The position numbers and the translations under genes are program-made. Positions 22,549 through 36,231 of a stretch of 64,000 nucleotides of DNA are shown one piece after another. Source of the DNA: Eledone cirrhosa (Eukaryota); assembly GCA_964016885.1 (NCBI GenBank), contig OZ024741.1:24552001-24616000 (forward strand). Direction: 5' to 3'. Positions within the stretch are counted from its first letter, which is position 1, and every line of letters begins with the position of its first letter. The notes beneath the pieces are model-generated. The model worked only from the letters and a program-made list of their open reading frames with translations, was not told the origin of the DNA and did no database searches.

Positions 22549-23320
22549 GTCTGTGGTAAAAATAATGTGAATGGATGGTTGGTTAATTGTATTAATTGAT
22601 TAGAAACAGAACTATCTTGATGAGAGATGCAATTTAGATTTGAGCCAGGAAGAGGTACTACCAATGTGTAAGGAGATAACTATAGAAGTACTAAGGTAGA
22701 AGTAAGCCACCCTACCTAGCATTACTAGTCACTAAGAAAACTAAAGGTAGATGAATGACGTATGAGAGATATGTCATCAAGAGTTGAATGGGTTGTGTCT
22801 AACCCATGCTAGCGTGGAAGATAGATGTTAAACGATGATGATGAATAAAAGAAGGTTAAAGGACTCTTCAGTTGTGTCAAGGGCATGACAACCTCTATAA
22901 AGTGGTTAGTGTAAGGAAGGGCATGCACTCATAGAAACTTGCTAAACCAAGAGTCGAGTCATGATAACCTCTCAAGTACTGGTGTCATGATAAAAGATAC
23001 CCATTACACTCATCAGGATGTGGGATCATATGTAAGCTTGATGTGTCCCATCTGAGAGGTCAGTAGCTCCAAGTACTGATGTGGTTTCTGACAACCCACC
23101 CAACCCTTGATGACATACCTCTCACACGTCATTCATCTACCTTTAGTTTTCTTAGTGACTAGTAATGCTAGGTAGGGTGGCTTACTTCTACCTTAGTGCT
23201 TCTTATACATTGGTAGTACCTCTTCCTGGCTCAAATCTAAATTGCATCTCAAGGTAGTTCTGTTTCTAATCAATTAATACAATTAACCAGCCATCCATTC
23301 ACATTATTTTTACCACAGAC
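22549..23320. repeat. Inverted repeat, arms 22549-22796 / 23091-23320
   Basis: Reverse-complement match with small indels; the spacer holds RTE-tail fragments. Confidence 0.85.
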
Positions 23321-23649
23321 GACTATATTTCATTAATAAACAAACTTTTTTCATCAATACTGCTTATTTTCACAATCTGTCAACAATAAACAAAAACATT
23401 TTTAGAAATTTTCTGCACAATCATTACAGGCTATTAAGAGTTCATCTCTAAGAATTTGGTCATCAGGTAACATAGAAGTTTCCATGAGCTGCCAGTCTTC
23501 ATACATCTCTGTTATAACCTGAAGGACTATGAATAATATGTAAACTCTATGTAAACAACAGATCAGACTGTCCTTTTTCAAAGTATGTAAATTAACTTGA
23601 GAAATTAATTCTTGATTTTTTACAATTCACTAACCTGTGACTCTTTTGC

Positions 23650-24070
23650 CCACTTATTCCTCATGGGGGCAGAGACCTTAAACACTCCTTCCAGCAAGTT
23701 CTATCAGAAGCAACCATCTCCAGCTGATTGAGCTGGATCCTCAAGTGTGACCAGCCAAGCTCATAGATGTTATCCAACCATCTTGCTCGGGGTCTACACC
23801 TGGGTCTCCTGCCAGTTGATTTTGCCTGTAAAATCTGTCCAATGATTCTTTTCTGAGACATTCTAACCACATACCCATAGTACTAGAGCTGTGATCTCTC
23901 AATTCTGAGAAGTAGCAGCTTTACCTGGAGTGACTCTCTGATCTCCGAGTTACGCATTCTATTAAGTAACATTACTCCAAAGACCCTTCGGAGGAACCCA
24001 TTTCGGTCACTTGTATTCATGATCGTATTCTTTTGGTCATTACCCAAAATTCATGACCATAGGTAAGAGT
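23650..24070 (-). mobile_element. RTE-like LINE 3' fragment
   Basis: ORF 23661-23870: GRRPRCRPRARWLDNI. Confidence 0.75.
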
Positions 24071-25757
24071 AGTTTATTTATCAAAATATTCAGAAACTCA
24101 AGTCTCACACTTACAAATCATTCATCTTTCTTTTACTTTACTTCTATTTAAAGTCACGTTTCTTCAATTCCTCTCTTACTTAAATTTGTTTCTATATTGT
24201 TTTCATCAATAATTTCATAGAGATGTCCCATTCTTTGTATGTCTTCTACTGCCAAAGACAAAGGTATTCTGATGGTAATAGAAATAGAGGAACAGTGACA
24301 GCAAAGACAGCAAACTAATGCTGCCAGAAATTCATCTCTCAGAAGATTTGAGACTAACAGTAAATGAAAGGCTTACCTTCAACTGAATATTCTTTCATTA
24401 AGAACAATTCTGGTCCATTTATGACCCCTTTTCAACCTGACCAACATGTATTCTGAAAAATATATATAATATATATGTATATATATATATATAGCACCCA
24501 GTACACACTGTAAATGTGGTTAGCGTTAGGAAAGGCATCTAGCTGTAGATACCAAGCCAAAATCAGCCCTGTGTGAGTGAAACATGGTCCTCTGACCTGA
24601 TCTTTCCCAAAGGGTCAGCCCGTCCTACCCATGCTAGTATGGAAGATGGACGTTAAACAATGATGATGATATAGTAGTGTTGGTGCCACGGTAAAAAATA
24701 CTCAGTATGCTCTGTAAATTGGTAGCCCTCTCAAACTCATTCAGTCTTTGATTTTCACAAACCATCCAAACTATGGCAAAGGATACATTGAGATGGAGAG
24801 TTGAAAAAGAAGATTGGCCAGTCTATTTTAGAAAAACAAACAAACCTATTTTGTTCTTATGTTCATTTCTGATATTTCAGTCCTTTTCAATTGGTCCACT
24901 CCCACTCCATTAGAACTTCCAGTTTTACTTCTTTCCTTAAAACTGCCTTTTTTTATTTAGAGGCAGATGGGAGTTGCTTTTCTTTTTTTCATGGACTCAG
25001 AAATCTGTGCCACATTTTGCGAGAATTCATCGAGAAAAGTTGATGTTGCTTCAAAACAGATAAATTTACATAGATACTTTAGTATTACCCATCATATCGT
25101 GGGTAATTTAGGGAGGATATAGTTGCCATTTTGGAGTGCAGTAAGTAAACACATATAAATATAGAAGTAAAAATGTATCACGATAAAAAGCACTCTGTAA
25201 AGTGGTCGTGTAGGTGTCATAACAAAAAGCACCCAGTACACTCTGTGAATGTAGTTGGTGTTAAGAAGGGCATCCAGCTGTAGAAACTAGGCCAAAATCG
25301 GTCCAGTGTGAGCAAGACATGGTCATCTGACCTGGTTTGGCTCACATTTGAACAACTAGCCTAACCCATGCTAACATGGAAACACGGACGTTAAACGGTG
25401 ATGATGAATTCACTATGGCTGCATTTGGCTGAAATTAAAACTGATTCATAATTTTGCTCACTTAAACACTATAATTAAAGTATTAAAGAAAATGGTGATT
25501 TGAGCAATATTAAATAAAGGAACATATATTTTCATATAAGTATATTCCAGTCATCAAATATAACAGAAAGTGTGAAAAGACTATGCAATCTTTGTATATA
25601 TACTCAGTTAGGGGCAGTTGCTTGTATGTAGGTGTATGTGTGTGTGTCTGCATATATGTGATTGTGTGTATGCATATGTGTTTGTGTGTGTACGTGTGCA
25701 TGCATATTACTGTTAAGCATTTTTATCTTTCTCACTCTTTGCCACCCAACTCGGTGT

Positions 25758-25807
<50 letters not shown>

Positions 25808-26707
25808 TACTTCAAACCTTAATGTTTACTCTTTCTCCCTTTCCTTCTCTGTCTCCTTCTCTCTTCTATATGTTGTTAAATGTAACATTGAACCAGTTCA
25901 TTAGGTATTAGAGGCCATGACCCATCATAGAACATTGGGTGTTATATATTAGATGCCATGACCCATCATAGAACAGGTAATTTTCTTAATCTACTTCTGC
26001 TACTGTAGGTGATATCAGGTAATGTTACAGAGGTTAAATAATTATAATTCCTTGGCGCTTATACAAAATAATGAAATGAATACTAATTTTGAAAATGAAA
26101 ATAGTAGAATAAGATTATCATTTTTACGCCTATCTTTCCATGCTTGAGTGACATTTGTGAGAGTTATGTTTGTCATACTGTTCATGTTTCTGGTTGGATG
26201 CTCTTGCTATCACCAACCACCTTACAGTGTGGACTGGGTATATTATTTAGAGAGGTTGTCTAACTGGACTCGAGTGTCCACTCTACTAGACCGGTTGCCT
26301 TCACTATGGTTTATGGAGTCCACGACTACATGAAAAATAAATATAAAACAATGTTATAATTCACTATGGCTGTGTTTGGCTGAAACAATTTATAACATTA
26401 CTCACTCTCAAATACTACAAATATATCAACATTTTACATCCAGTTTTCCATGCTTGATATATTTGTAGAATTTGAGAGTGAGTGATGTTATAAAAGCTTT
26501 GGTTTAAGAAAATAGAAATTGTGTAATGGAATATATATTTCTTGTATATATTGCTTGTATGTATATTCCATTTATGGAAAGGAAAACATAAACACAGTAA
26601 GAATGTCCCAAAGGAGATGAACAAAGATTACATGCTGTAAGTAATATTAATAGAGCTGTAAGTAATATTAATAATAGAGCTGTAAGTAATATTAATAGAG
26701 CTGTATA

Positions 26708-27696
26708 TTAATAATAATAATAATGAAATCATTGTGTACAGTGCTCAGGTGCACTACAACTCATCAAAGGTGCATGTATAGTACATAGAATAATACACAA
26801 ATGTCAGGGAAGTGAATAGTGTATGAGTCATGATATACGTGTGTGTGTGTATGGAGGGGGAACATTAGGTGTAGTGTTGGCGAATCTCGGGAAGCATGGA
26901 GGCCTTAAAGGATGCAGTGTCTCGACAGCTAACAACTGATGCAGGTAGTTTGTTCCATGTTTCAGCAACTCTGAGCGTGAAAAAATGTTTCCGAAAGTCA
27001 TGGGAACTGTACTGTTTTCTGACTTTGTGGGCATGCCCACGTGTGTTAGACACATGGAAATCAAAAAGGTACTCAGGGTTGTTGTTGGCAAGATGGTTAA
27101 CAATTTTGTGGGTGTTTACCAAGTCAGTTGCCACGCGTCGGAGCTTCAATGTATCCATGCCCAGGGAAGCAAGGCACTCAGAGTATGGTATTTGCTTGGT
27201 TGCACGTCTCTGAACAGTTTCCAGACGGTCAATGTTCTGAGCAAGATAGGGGTTCCAGACTGGTGATGCAAATTCTAAGTGTGGCCGCACCATAGCCATG
27301 TACAGCCTTAAATAGATAGCTGGAGAGCGGCTGACAAAGGTCTTGCCGAGTGATGCTAAGACACCCTCGGCCCTCTTGACAATTTTAGAGACGTGCTTCG
27401 TCCAACGCAAATCGCTGCTGACCGTAATGCCCAGGTCACGTTCACAAGAAGACTTTTTGATATTAGTGCTGTGGAGGGAGTATGTGGACGCTGCGTTTTT
27501 ACTCCTAAAATGCATGGTGGTGCACTTGTCCACAGCTAGCTTGAATTGCCAGTCTGAGATCCATTGTTGCATTGTGTTCAGGTCAGACTGCAAGCAAGAT
27601 CTATAGTGTTCAGGATCTGTCCTTTTTATCTCAATGTACAGCTTGATATCATCTGTGTACTTTAGTACTGTGGCATTCTTTAAGTTGGCATCTGTC
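26708..27696 (-). mobile_element. 5'-truncated CR1-clade LINE (RT C-terminal part, 3'UTR, (ATT)n tail)
   Basis: ORF 26865-27713: KYTDDIKLY, ERDLGI, VRPHLEFASPVWNPY, VQRRATK, TRGH, FFTLRVAETWNKLP. Confidence 0.9.
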
Positions 27697-27725
27697 ATTA
27701 ATATATGCCACAAACAAAAGGTGGC

Positions 27726-30700
27726 ATATATTAATAGTGCTGTGTATTATATTAATAGAGCTGTAAGTTATATTAATAGTGCTGTGTGTTATATTAATAG
27801 TGCTGTGTATTATATTAATAGAGCTGTAAGTTATATTAATAGTGCTGTGTGTTGTATTAATAGTGCTGTGTATTATATTAATAGAGCTGTGTATTATATT
27901 AATAGAGCTGTGTATTATATTAATAGTGCTGTGTGTTATATTAATAATGCTGTGTATTATATTAATAGAGCTGTAAGTTATATTAATAGTGCTGTGTGTT
28001 ATATTAATAGTGCTGTGTGTTATATTAAGAGAACTGTGTATTATATTAATAGTGCTGTGTATTATATTAATAGTGCTGTGTATTATATTAATAGTGCTGT
28101 GTGTTATATTAATAGTGCTGTGTGTTATATTAAGAGAACTGTGTATTATATTAATAGTGCTGTGTATTATAGTAATAGTGCTGTGTATTATATTAATAGT
28201 GCTGTGTGTTATATTAATAGTGCTGTGTGTTATATTAATAGTGCTGTGTATTATATTAATAGTGCTGTGTGTTATATTAATAGTGCTGTGTGTTATATTA
28301 AGAGAACTGTGTATTATATTAATAGTGCTGTGTATTATAGTAATAGTGCTGTGTATTATATTAATAGTGCTGTGTGTTATATTAATAGTGCTGTGTGTTA
28401 TATTAATAGTGCTGTGTATTATATTAATAGTGCTGTGTATTATATTAATAGTGCTGTGTGTTATATTAATAGTGCTGTGAATTATATTAATAGTGCTGTG
28501 TGTTATATTAATAGAGCTGTAAGTTATATTAATAGTGCTGTGTATTATATTAATAGTGCTGTGTGTTAAATTAATAGAGCTGTGTTATATTAATAGAGCT
28601 GTAAGTTATATTAATAGTGCTGTGTATTATATTAATAGAGCTGTGTGGTATATTAATAGAGCTGTAGGTTATATTAATAGTGCTGTGTATTATATTAATA
28701 GTGTTGTGTGTTATATTAATAGTGCTGTGTATTATATTAATAGTGCTGTGTATTATATTAATAGAGCTGTGTATTATATTAATAGAGCTGTGTGTTATAT
28801 TAATAGTGCTGTAAGTTATATTAATAGTGCTGTGTGTTATATTAATAGAGCTGTGTATTATATTAATAGAGCTATGTGTTATATTAATAGAACTGTTTAT
28901 TTTATTAATAGTGCTGTGTATTATATTAATAGTGCTGTGTATTATATTAATAGAGCTGTGTATTATATTAATAGAGCTGTGTGTTATATTAATAGTGCTG
29001 TGTGTTATATTAATAGTGCTGTGTGTTATATTAATAGAACTGTGTATTATATTAATAGAGCTGTGTATTATATTAATAGTGCTGTGTATTATATTAATAG
29101 TGCTGTGTGTTATATTAATAGAGCTGTGTGTTATATTAATAGTGTTGTGTATTATATTAATAGTGCTGTGTATTATATTAATAGTGATGTGTATTATATT
29201 AATAGAGCTGTAAGTTATATTAATAGTGCTATGTATTATATTAATAGTGCTGTGTACTATATTAATAGTGCTGTGTATTATATTAATAGAGCTGTGTGTT
29301 ATATTAATAGAGCTGTGTGTTATATTAATAGAGCTGTAGGTTATATTAATAGTGCTGTGTTATTATATTAATAGTGCTGTGTATTATATTAATAGAGCTG
29401 TGTGTTATATTAATAGAGCTGTAAGTTATATTAATAGTGCTGTGTATTATATTAATAGAGCTGTGTGTTATATTAATAGAGCTGTAGGTTATATTAATAG
29501 AGCTGTGTATTATATTAATAGTGCTGTGTATTATATTAATAGAGCTGTGTGTTATATTAATAGTGCTGTGTATTATGTTAATAGAGCTGTGTGTTATATT
29601 AATAGTGCTGTAAGTTATATTAATAGTGCTGTGTGTTATATTAATAGAGCTGTGTATTATATTAATAGAGCTATGTGTTATATTAATAGAACTGTTTATT
29701 TTATTAATAGTGCTGTGTACTATATTAATAGTGCTGTGTATTATATTAATAGAGCTGTGTATTATATTAATAGAACTGTGTGTTATATTAATAGTGCTGT
29801 GTGTTATATTAATAGAGCTGTGTATTATATTAATAGAGCTATGTGTTATATTAATAGTGCTGTGTATTGTATTAATAGTGCTGTGTATTATATTAATAGA
29901 GCTATGTGTTATATTAATAGAACTGTGTATTATATTAATAGTGCTGTGTATTATATTAATAGAGCTGTGTGTTATATTAATAGTGCTGTGTGTTATATTA
30001 ATAGAACTGTGTATTATATTAATAGTGCTGTGTATTATATTAATAGTGCTGTGTGTTATATTAATAGAACTGTGTATTATATTAATAGTGCTGTGTATTA
30101 TATTAATAGAGCTGTGTATTATATTAATAGTGCTGTGTATTATATTAATAGAGCTGTGTATTATAGTAATAGTGCTGTGTATTATAGTAATAGTGCTGTG
30201 TATTATATTAATAGAGCTGTGTGTTATATTAATAGTGCTGTGTGTTATATTAATAGAACTGTGTATTATATTAATAGTGCTGTGTATTATATTAATAGTG
30301 CTGTGGATTATATTAATAGTGCTGTGTGTTATATTAATAGAACTGTGTATTATATTAATAGTGCTGTGTATTATATTAATAGAGCTGTGTATTATATTAA
30401 TAGTGCTGTGTATTATATTAATAGAGCTGTGTATTATAGTAATAGTGCTGTGTATTATAGTAATAGTGCTGTGTATTATATTAATAGTGCTGTGTATTAT
30501 AGTAATAGTGCTGTGTATTATATTAATAGAGCTATGTGTTATATTAATAGAACTGTGTATTATATTAATAGTGCTGTGTATTATATTAATAGAGCTGTGT
30601 ATTATATTAATAGTGCTGTGTGTTATATTAATAGTGCTGTGTGTTATATTAAGAGAACTGTGTATTATATTAATAGTGCTGTGTATTATATTAATAGAGC

Positions 30701-32288
30701 TGTGTGTTATATTAAGAGTGCTGTGTGTTATATTAAGAGAACTGTGTATTATATTAATAGTGCTGTGTATTATATTAATAGAGCTGTGTATTATAGTAAT
30801 AGTGCTGTGTATTATATTAATAGTGCTGTGTATTATATTAATAGTGCTGTGTATTATAGTAATAGTGCTGTGTATTATATTAATAGAGCTGTGTGTTATA
30901 TTAATAGTGCTGTGTGTTATATTAATAGTGCTGTGTGTTATATTAATAGTGCTGTGTTATATTATAGTGCTATGTATTATATTAATAGAGCTGTAAGTTA
31001 TATTAATAGTGCTGTGTATTATATTAATAGTGCTGTGTGTTATATTAATAGTGCTGTGTATTATATTAATAGTGCTGTGTATTATATTAATAGTGCTGTG
31101 TATTATATTAATAGAGCTGTGTGTTATATTAATAGTGCTGTGTATTATATTAATAGTGCTGTGTGTTATATTAATAGTGATGTGTATTATATTAATAGTG
31201 CTATGTATTATATTAATAGAGCTGTGTGTTATATTAATAGAGCTGTGTGTTATATTAATAGAGCTGTGTGCTATATTAATAGAGCTGTGTGTTATATTAA
31301 TAGAGCTGTGTGTTATATGAATAGTGCTCTGTATTATATTAATAGAGCTATGTATTATATTAATAGAGCTGTGTATTATATTAATAGAGCTGTGTGTTAT
31401 ATTAATAGAGCTGTGTGTTATATTAATAGAGCTGTGTGTTATATTAATAGAGCTGTGTGTTATATTAATAGAGCTGTAAGTTATATTAATAGTGCTGTGT
31501 TATATTAATAGTGCTGTGTATTATATTAAAAGTGCTGTGTATTATATTAATAGTGCTGTGTATTATATTAATAGTGCTGTAAGTTATATTAATAGTGCTG
31601 TGTGTTATATTAATAGTGCTGTGTGTTATATTAATAGTGCTATGTATTATATTAATAGAGCTGTGTGTTATATTAATAGTGCTGTGTATTATATTAATAG
31701 TGCTGTGTATTATATTAATAGTACTGTGTATTATATTAATAGTGCTGTATTATATTAATAGTGCTGTAAGTTATATTAATAGTGCTGTGTGTTATATTAA
31801 TAGTGCTGTGTGTTATATTAATAGAGCTGTAAGTTATATTAATAGAGATGTGTGTTATATTAATAGTGCTGTGTATTATATTAATAGAGCTGTGTGTTAT
31901 ATTAATAGGGCTGTGTGTTATATTAATAGAGCTGTAAGTTATATTAATAGAGCTGTAAGTTATATTAATAGTGCTGTGTGTTATATTAATAGTGCTGTGT
32001 ATTATATTAAGTGCTGTGTATTATATTAATAGAGCTGTGTTATATTAATAGAGCTGTGTTATATTAATAGAGCTGTAAGTTATATTAATAGAGCTGTGTA
32101 TTATATTAATAGTGCTGTGTATTATATTAATAGTGCTGTGTATTATATTAATAGTGCTGTGTATTATATTAATAGTGCTGTGTGTTATATTAATAGTGCT
32201 GTGTATTATATTAATAGAGCTGTGTGTTATATTAATAGTGCTGTGTTTTATATTAATAGTGCTGTGTATTATATTAATAGAGCTGTGT
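27726..32288. repeat. 21-bp satellite (tatattaatagtgctgtgtat), roughly 215 copies; a few units also at 26634-26712
   Basis: Direct reading; 7-aa periodic ORFs (YYINSAV). Confidence 0.97.
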
Positions 32289-33336
32289 ATATCCCTGATA
32301 GGCAGCAAAATGGCAGTCATTAGAATGTTAGATAAAATAATTTACATTATTTGTTCTGACTTTCTGTACTCTGAGTTCAAATCCTGCAATGATCAACTTT
32401 GCCTGTCATCCTTTTGAGCTCAAGAAAAACATGTACCACTACTGGGATTGATTCTACTATATTTCTTTCTCATTTCCTCTCTATCTTTCTCTACAAGAAA
32501 TCAGTTGTATTCAAACCTGGAGAGACGTATGCTCCACCAGGTTTTAAATGTCCAAGACACTATATTTCATGATAGTGCCCTTACAACTCCATCAGGAGTT
32601 ACAGGGTCTATACATATATCCCTGATGATGATTTCTAGACCCTCATGGTAGTGGTTTCTTACTTGGGATTACTTTATGTATTATTTTTCATTGTTTTTCT
32701 CTTCTCTGTTTTTTCTCTTGGTATCTCTTTCTCAGTTCAACCATCCCTCAAACACACATGTACACACACAAAGGCAGGCATGGCACATGACAGATACATC
32801 AAACACATCATGGCTTCTCTTTAAGAACATGAGTCTGTTCATCTCCCTCTCTCTCTGTGTCTCTTCTCTCCCTCTCATGTTTTTGCTCTCTCTTGCTCTT
32901 CCCTCCTCTCTCTCCCTCTCTCTTTATCTTTCTTCCTCCTCTCTCTCCCCATCTCTCACAGTTACTGTGTTTTATCTAATCGGAGAAAAAGATAAAAACA
33001 CAGGATGGATAGCCAAAGTGTGCTACATCAATATAGATTATCACAGCAATGGAAGGAGTTAGTGTAGACAAGAGGGAGCCAACCAGGTTAGCAGTATTTG
33101 CTATTACATTTAAACACCCTTGAGGGTTGACTTTCCCCTTTTATCCATCCAGGGTCAATAAAAAGAGAGAATGTGTGAGTGTGTAGGTCTTTATTATTTC
33201 AGGTTGATTCAGTAGTCTTCAGTCAGCACGCTCAGAAAATTGGCTTTGCGCCCAGTCAGAAGAAGTTTTTATTATTATTAATGGGTTGGTGGTGTTGACA
33301 TGGACACTAAAGGAGAATCTGAATAAATTCTTTATA

Positions 33337-34239
33337 TTATCCAATTAACTTCCTCTCTACATTCAATTCCTCCACCCTTATCCAGTTAACTTCCTCTCTA
33401 CATTCAATTCCTCCACCCTTATCCAATTAACTTCCTCTCTACATTCAATTCCTCCACCCTTATCCAATTAACTTCCTCTCTACATTCAATTCCTCCACCC
33501 TTATCCAGTTAACTTCCTCTCTACATTCAATTCCTCCACCCTTATCCAATTAACTTCCTCTCTACATTCAATTCCTCCACCCTTATCCAATTAACTTCCT
33601 CTCCACATTCAATTCCTCCACCCTTATCCAGTTAACTTCCTCTCTACATTCAATTCCTCCACCCTTATCCAATTAACTTCCTCTCTACATTCAATTCCTC
33701 CACCCTTATCCAGTTAACTTCCTCTCTACATTCAATTCCTCCACCCTTATCCAATTAACTTCCTCTCTACATTCAATTCCTCCACCCTTATCCAATTAAC
33801 TTCCTCTCCACATTCAATTCCTCCACCCTTATCCAGTTAACTTCCTCTCTACATTCAATTCCTCCACCCTTATCCAATTAACTTCCTCTCCACATTCAAT
33901 TCCTCCACCCTTATCCAGTTAACTTCCCCTCTACATTCAATTCCTCCACCCTTATCCAATTAACTTCCTCTCTACATTCAATTCCTCCACCCTTATCCAA
34001 TTAACTTCCTCTCTACATTCAATTCCTCCACCCTTATCCAGTTAACTTCCTCTCTACATTCAATTCCTCCACCCTTATCCAATTAACTTCCTCTCTACAT
34101 TCAATTCCTCCACCCTTATCCAGTTAACTTCCTCTCTACATTCAATTCTTCCACCCTTATCCAATTAACTTCCTCTCTACATTCAATTCCTCCACCCTTA
34201 TCCAGTTAACTTCCTCTCTACATTCAATTCCTCCACCCT
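33337..34239. repeat. 41-bp minisatellite, about 22 copies
   Basis: Unit ttatccaattaacttcctctctacattcaattcctccaccc. Confidence 0.95.
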
Positions 34240-34399
34240 GGAGGATATTTTTATTATTATCATCATCATCATTATAAATGTTGTCTGTTTCAATATTTAA
34301 AGCCTGATGTATATATTTCCCCACTCCTTGCTAATAACCATTTTACTTTTCCTGACTATATTTAAAGTCTCAGTGTGTGTGTGTGTCCGTGAAACAGAT

Positions 34400-34652
34400 A
34401 CATATACACCAGGTCTGAACACACAGGAACCAAACTCCCACTGTCACTGCCTCCGTCTCTCCTGCTCTCCCCATCTCTCACATATACACCAGGTCTGAAC
34501 ACACAGGAACCAAATTCCCACTGTCACTGCCTCCATCTCTCCTGCTCTCCCCATCTCTCACATATACACCAGGTCTGAACACACAGGAACCAAACTCCCA
34601 CTGTCACTGCCTCCGTCTCTCCTGCTCTCCTCATCTCTCACATATACACCAG
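34400..34652. repeat. 80-bp tandem repeat x3
   Basis: catatacaccag starts at 34401, 34481, 34561 and 34641. Confidence 0.9.
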
Positions 34653-35532
34653 AGAAAATGGGGACTCACGCGCTGATGCTCCTGATGTGGGTCCTTCACC
34701 ACAGGTGGGTGGGGACTCTTGGATGGCACCCTACCTTTCAATGGTGCCAACCTATAGTGTGAAGGCATATGGCTTAGTGGTTGGAGAGTTGGATTTGCAA
34801 TTGTGAGGTTGCAAATTCAATTCTCAGACCGGGTGATGCGTTATGTCCTTCAGCAAGACATTATTTTATTTTGTTTCTTCTGCCAGGAGTTGCGACCAGT
34901 AGATAGTATCTGTAATGTAAAGACCAATGGAAACCTTGTTTTCTTGGTCTGATTTGCCAAGGTCCACTCCACTCGGCAAGCGAATGAGGTCTGGGATCTT
35001 GTCGATCATCTCCTTAAATAGTGTTTATATTGACATACAGCGTTTCTCAGGCATTTTTAAAACCTGGCAGAACCCATCTCCTCTCCAGGCCTGAATACAG
35101 CAGATTTCTTCCAGTGAAGAATAGAGAAAATGGAAGTGAGAAAGAGATATAGGCGAAGGATTGACCCCAGTACTAGACTGGTACTTTTTTTTATCGACTT
35201 CAGATGGATGAAAGGCAAAGTTGACCTCAACAGGATTTGAACTCAGAGAGCCAGAACGAATACTACAAAGCATTCTATCTGACATTCTAACTAATCTAAC
35301 AATTCACCACCTCTAGTCAAGTATTAGAATTGATTTAATTGACCCCACCCCAATTTTATTTTTTATTGTTAATTATGTTTCTTTATGTTCTGAGTTCAAA
35401 TCCAAGGTCAACTTTAATATTAATATATTATTAAAGTAGTAGATTGACATAATTCTTAGAATGTAAGACACAATATCCCATCTTGCAGTATTAAGTTACA
35501 GCCCTTTACAGTCTGGCTGAAATCTTACTCTA

Positions 35533-35812
35533 GGTCAAGTTAGTTTTTCACCATTCTATGGTCAGTTCATATCACTGTGGTCAAGTTAGCTTTTCACCAT
35601 TCTGTGGTCAGTTCATATCACTGTGGTCAAGTTAGCTTTTCACCATTCTGTGGTCAGATCAAATCTCTGAGGTCAAGTTAGCTTTTCACCATTCTGTGGT
35701 CAGTTCAAATCTCTGAGGTCAAGTTAGCTTTTCACCATTCTGTGGTCAGTTCAAATCTCTGAGGTCAAGTTAGCTTTTCATCGTTTTGTGGTCAATAAAA
35801 TAAAACACCAGT
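35533..35812 (+). repeat. 46-bp minisatellite derived from the SINE body
   Basis: Unit ggtcaagttagcttttcaccattctgtggtcagttcaaatctctga runs into the SINE 3' part (ggtcaataaaataaaacaccag). Confidence 0.75.
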
Positions 35813-35977
35813 CAAATATTGAGATTGGTTTAATTGACTTCACCAGTCATCATCATCATCACCATCATCATTGTTTAACGTCTATTTTCCATGCCAGCAT
35901 GGGTTAGATGAGTTGTCCCATCCACTCTCACAAAAATAAAATAAAAATCTGGTATTGTGCCTATGTTAGAAATTGAT

Positions 35978-36167
35978 ACCACTACTACTACTGCTGTTAC
36001 TACTAGTACTACCACTACTGCTGTTACTACTACTGCTACTACTACTACTGCTGCTGTTTCTACTACTACTACTACTGCTGCTGCTACTACTACTATTACT
36101 ACTACTACTACTGCTACTACTACTGCTGCTGTTACTGATACTGCTGCTGTTACTACAACTGCTGCTG

Positions 36168-36231
<64 letters not shown>
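35978..36231. repeat. (ACT/GCT)n trinucleotide repeat
   Basis: Direct reading. Confidence 0.9.

Noticed and set aside
27634-32323. Long repetitive ORFs (YYINSAV)n / (LCIILIV)n
   Set aside because: Frame-preserving 21-bp satellite with several frameshifting unit deletions; no sign of coding constraint.
33337-34239. CRISPR-like regular repeats (also 56718-57118 and 59011-61253)
   Set aside because: Head-to-tail tandem units with no unique spacers, no cas genes and a eukaryotic context.
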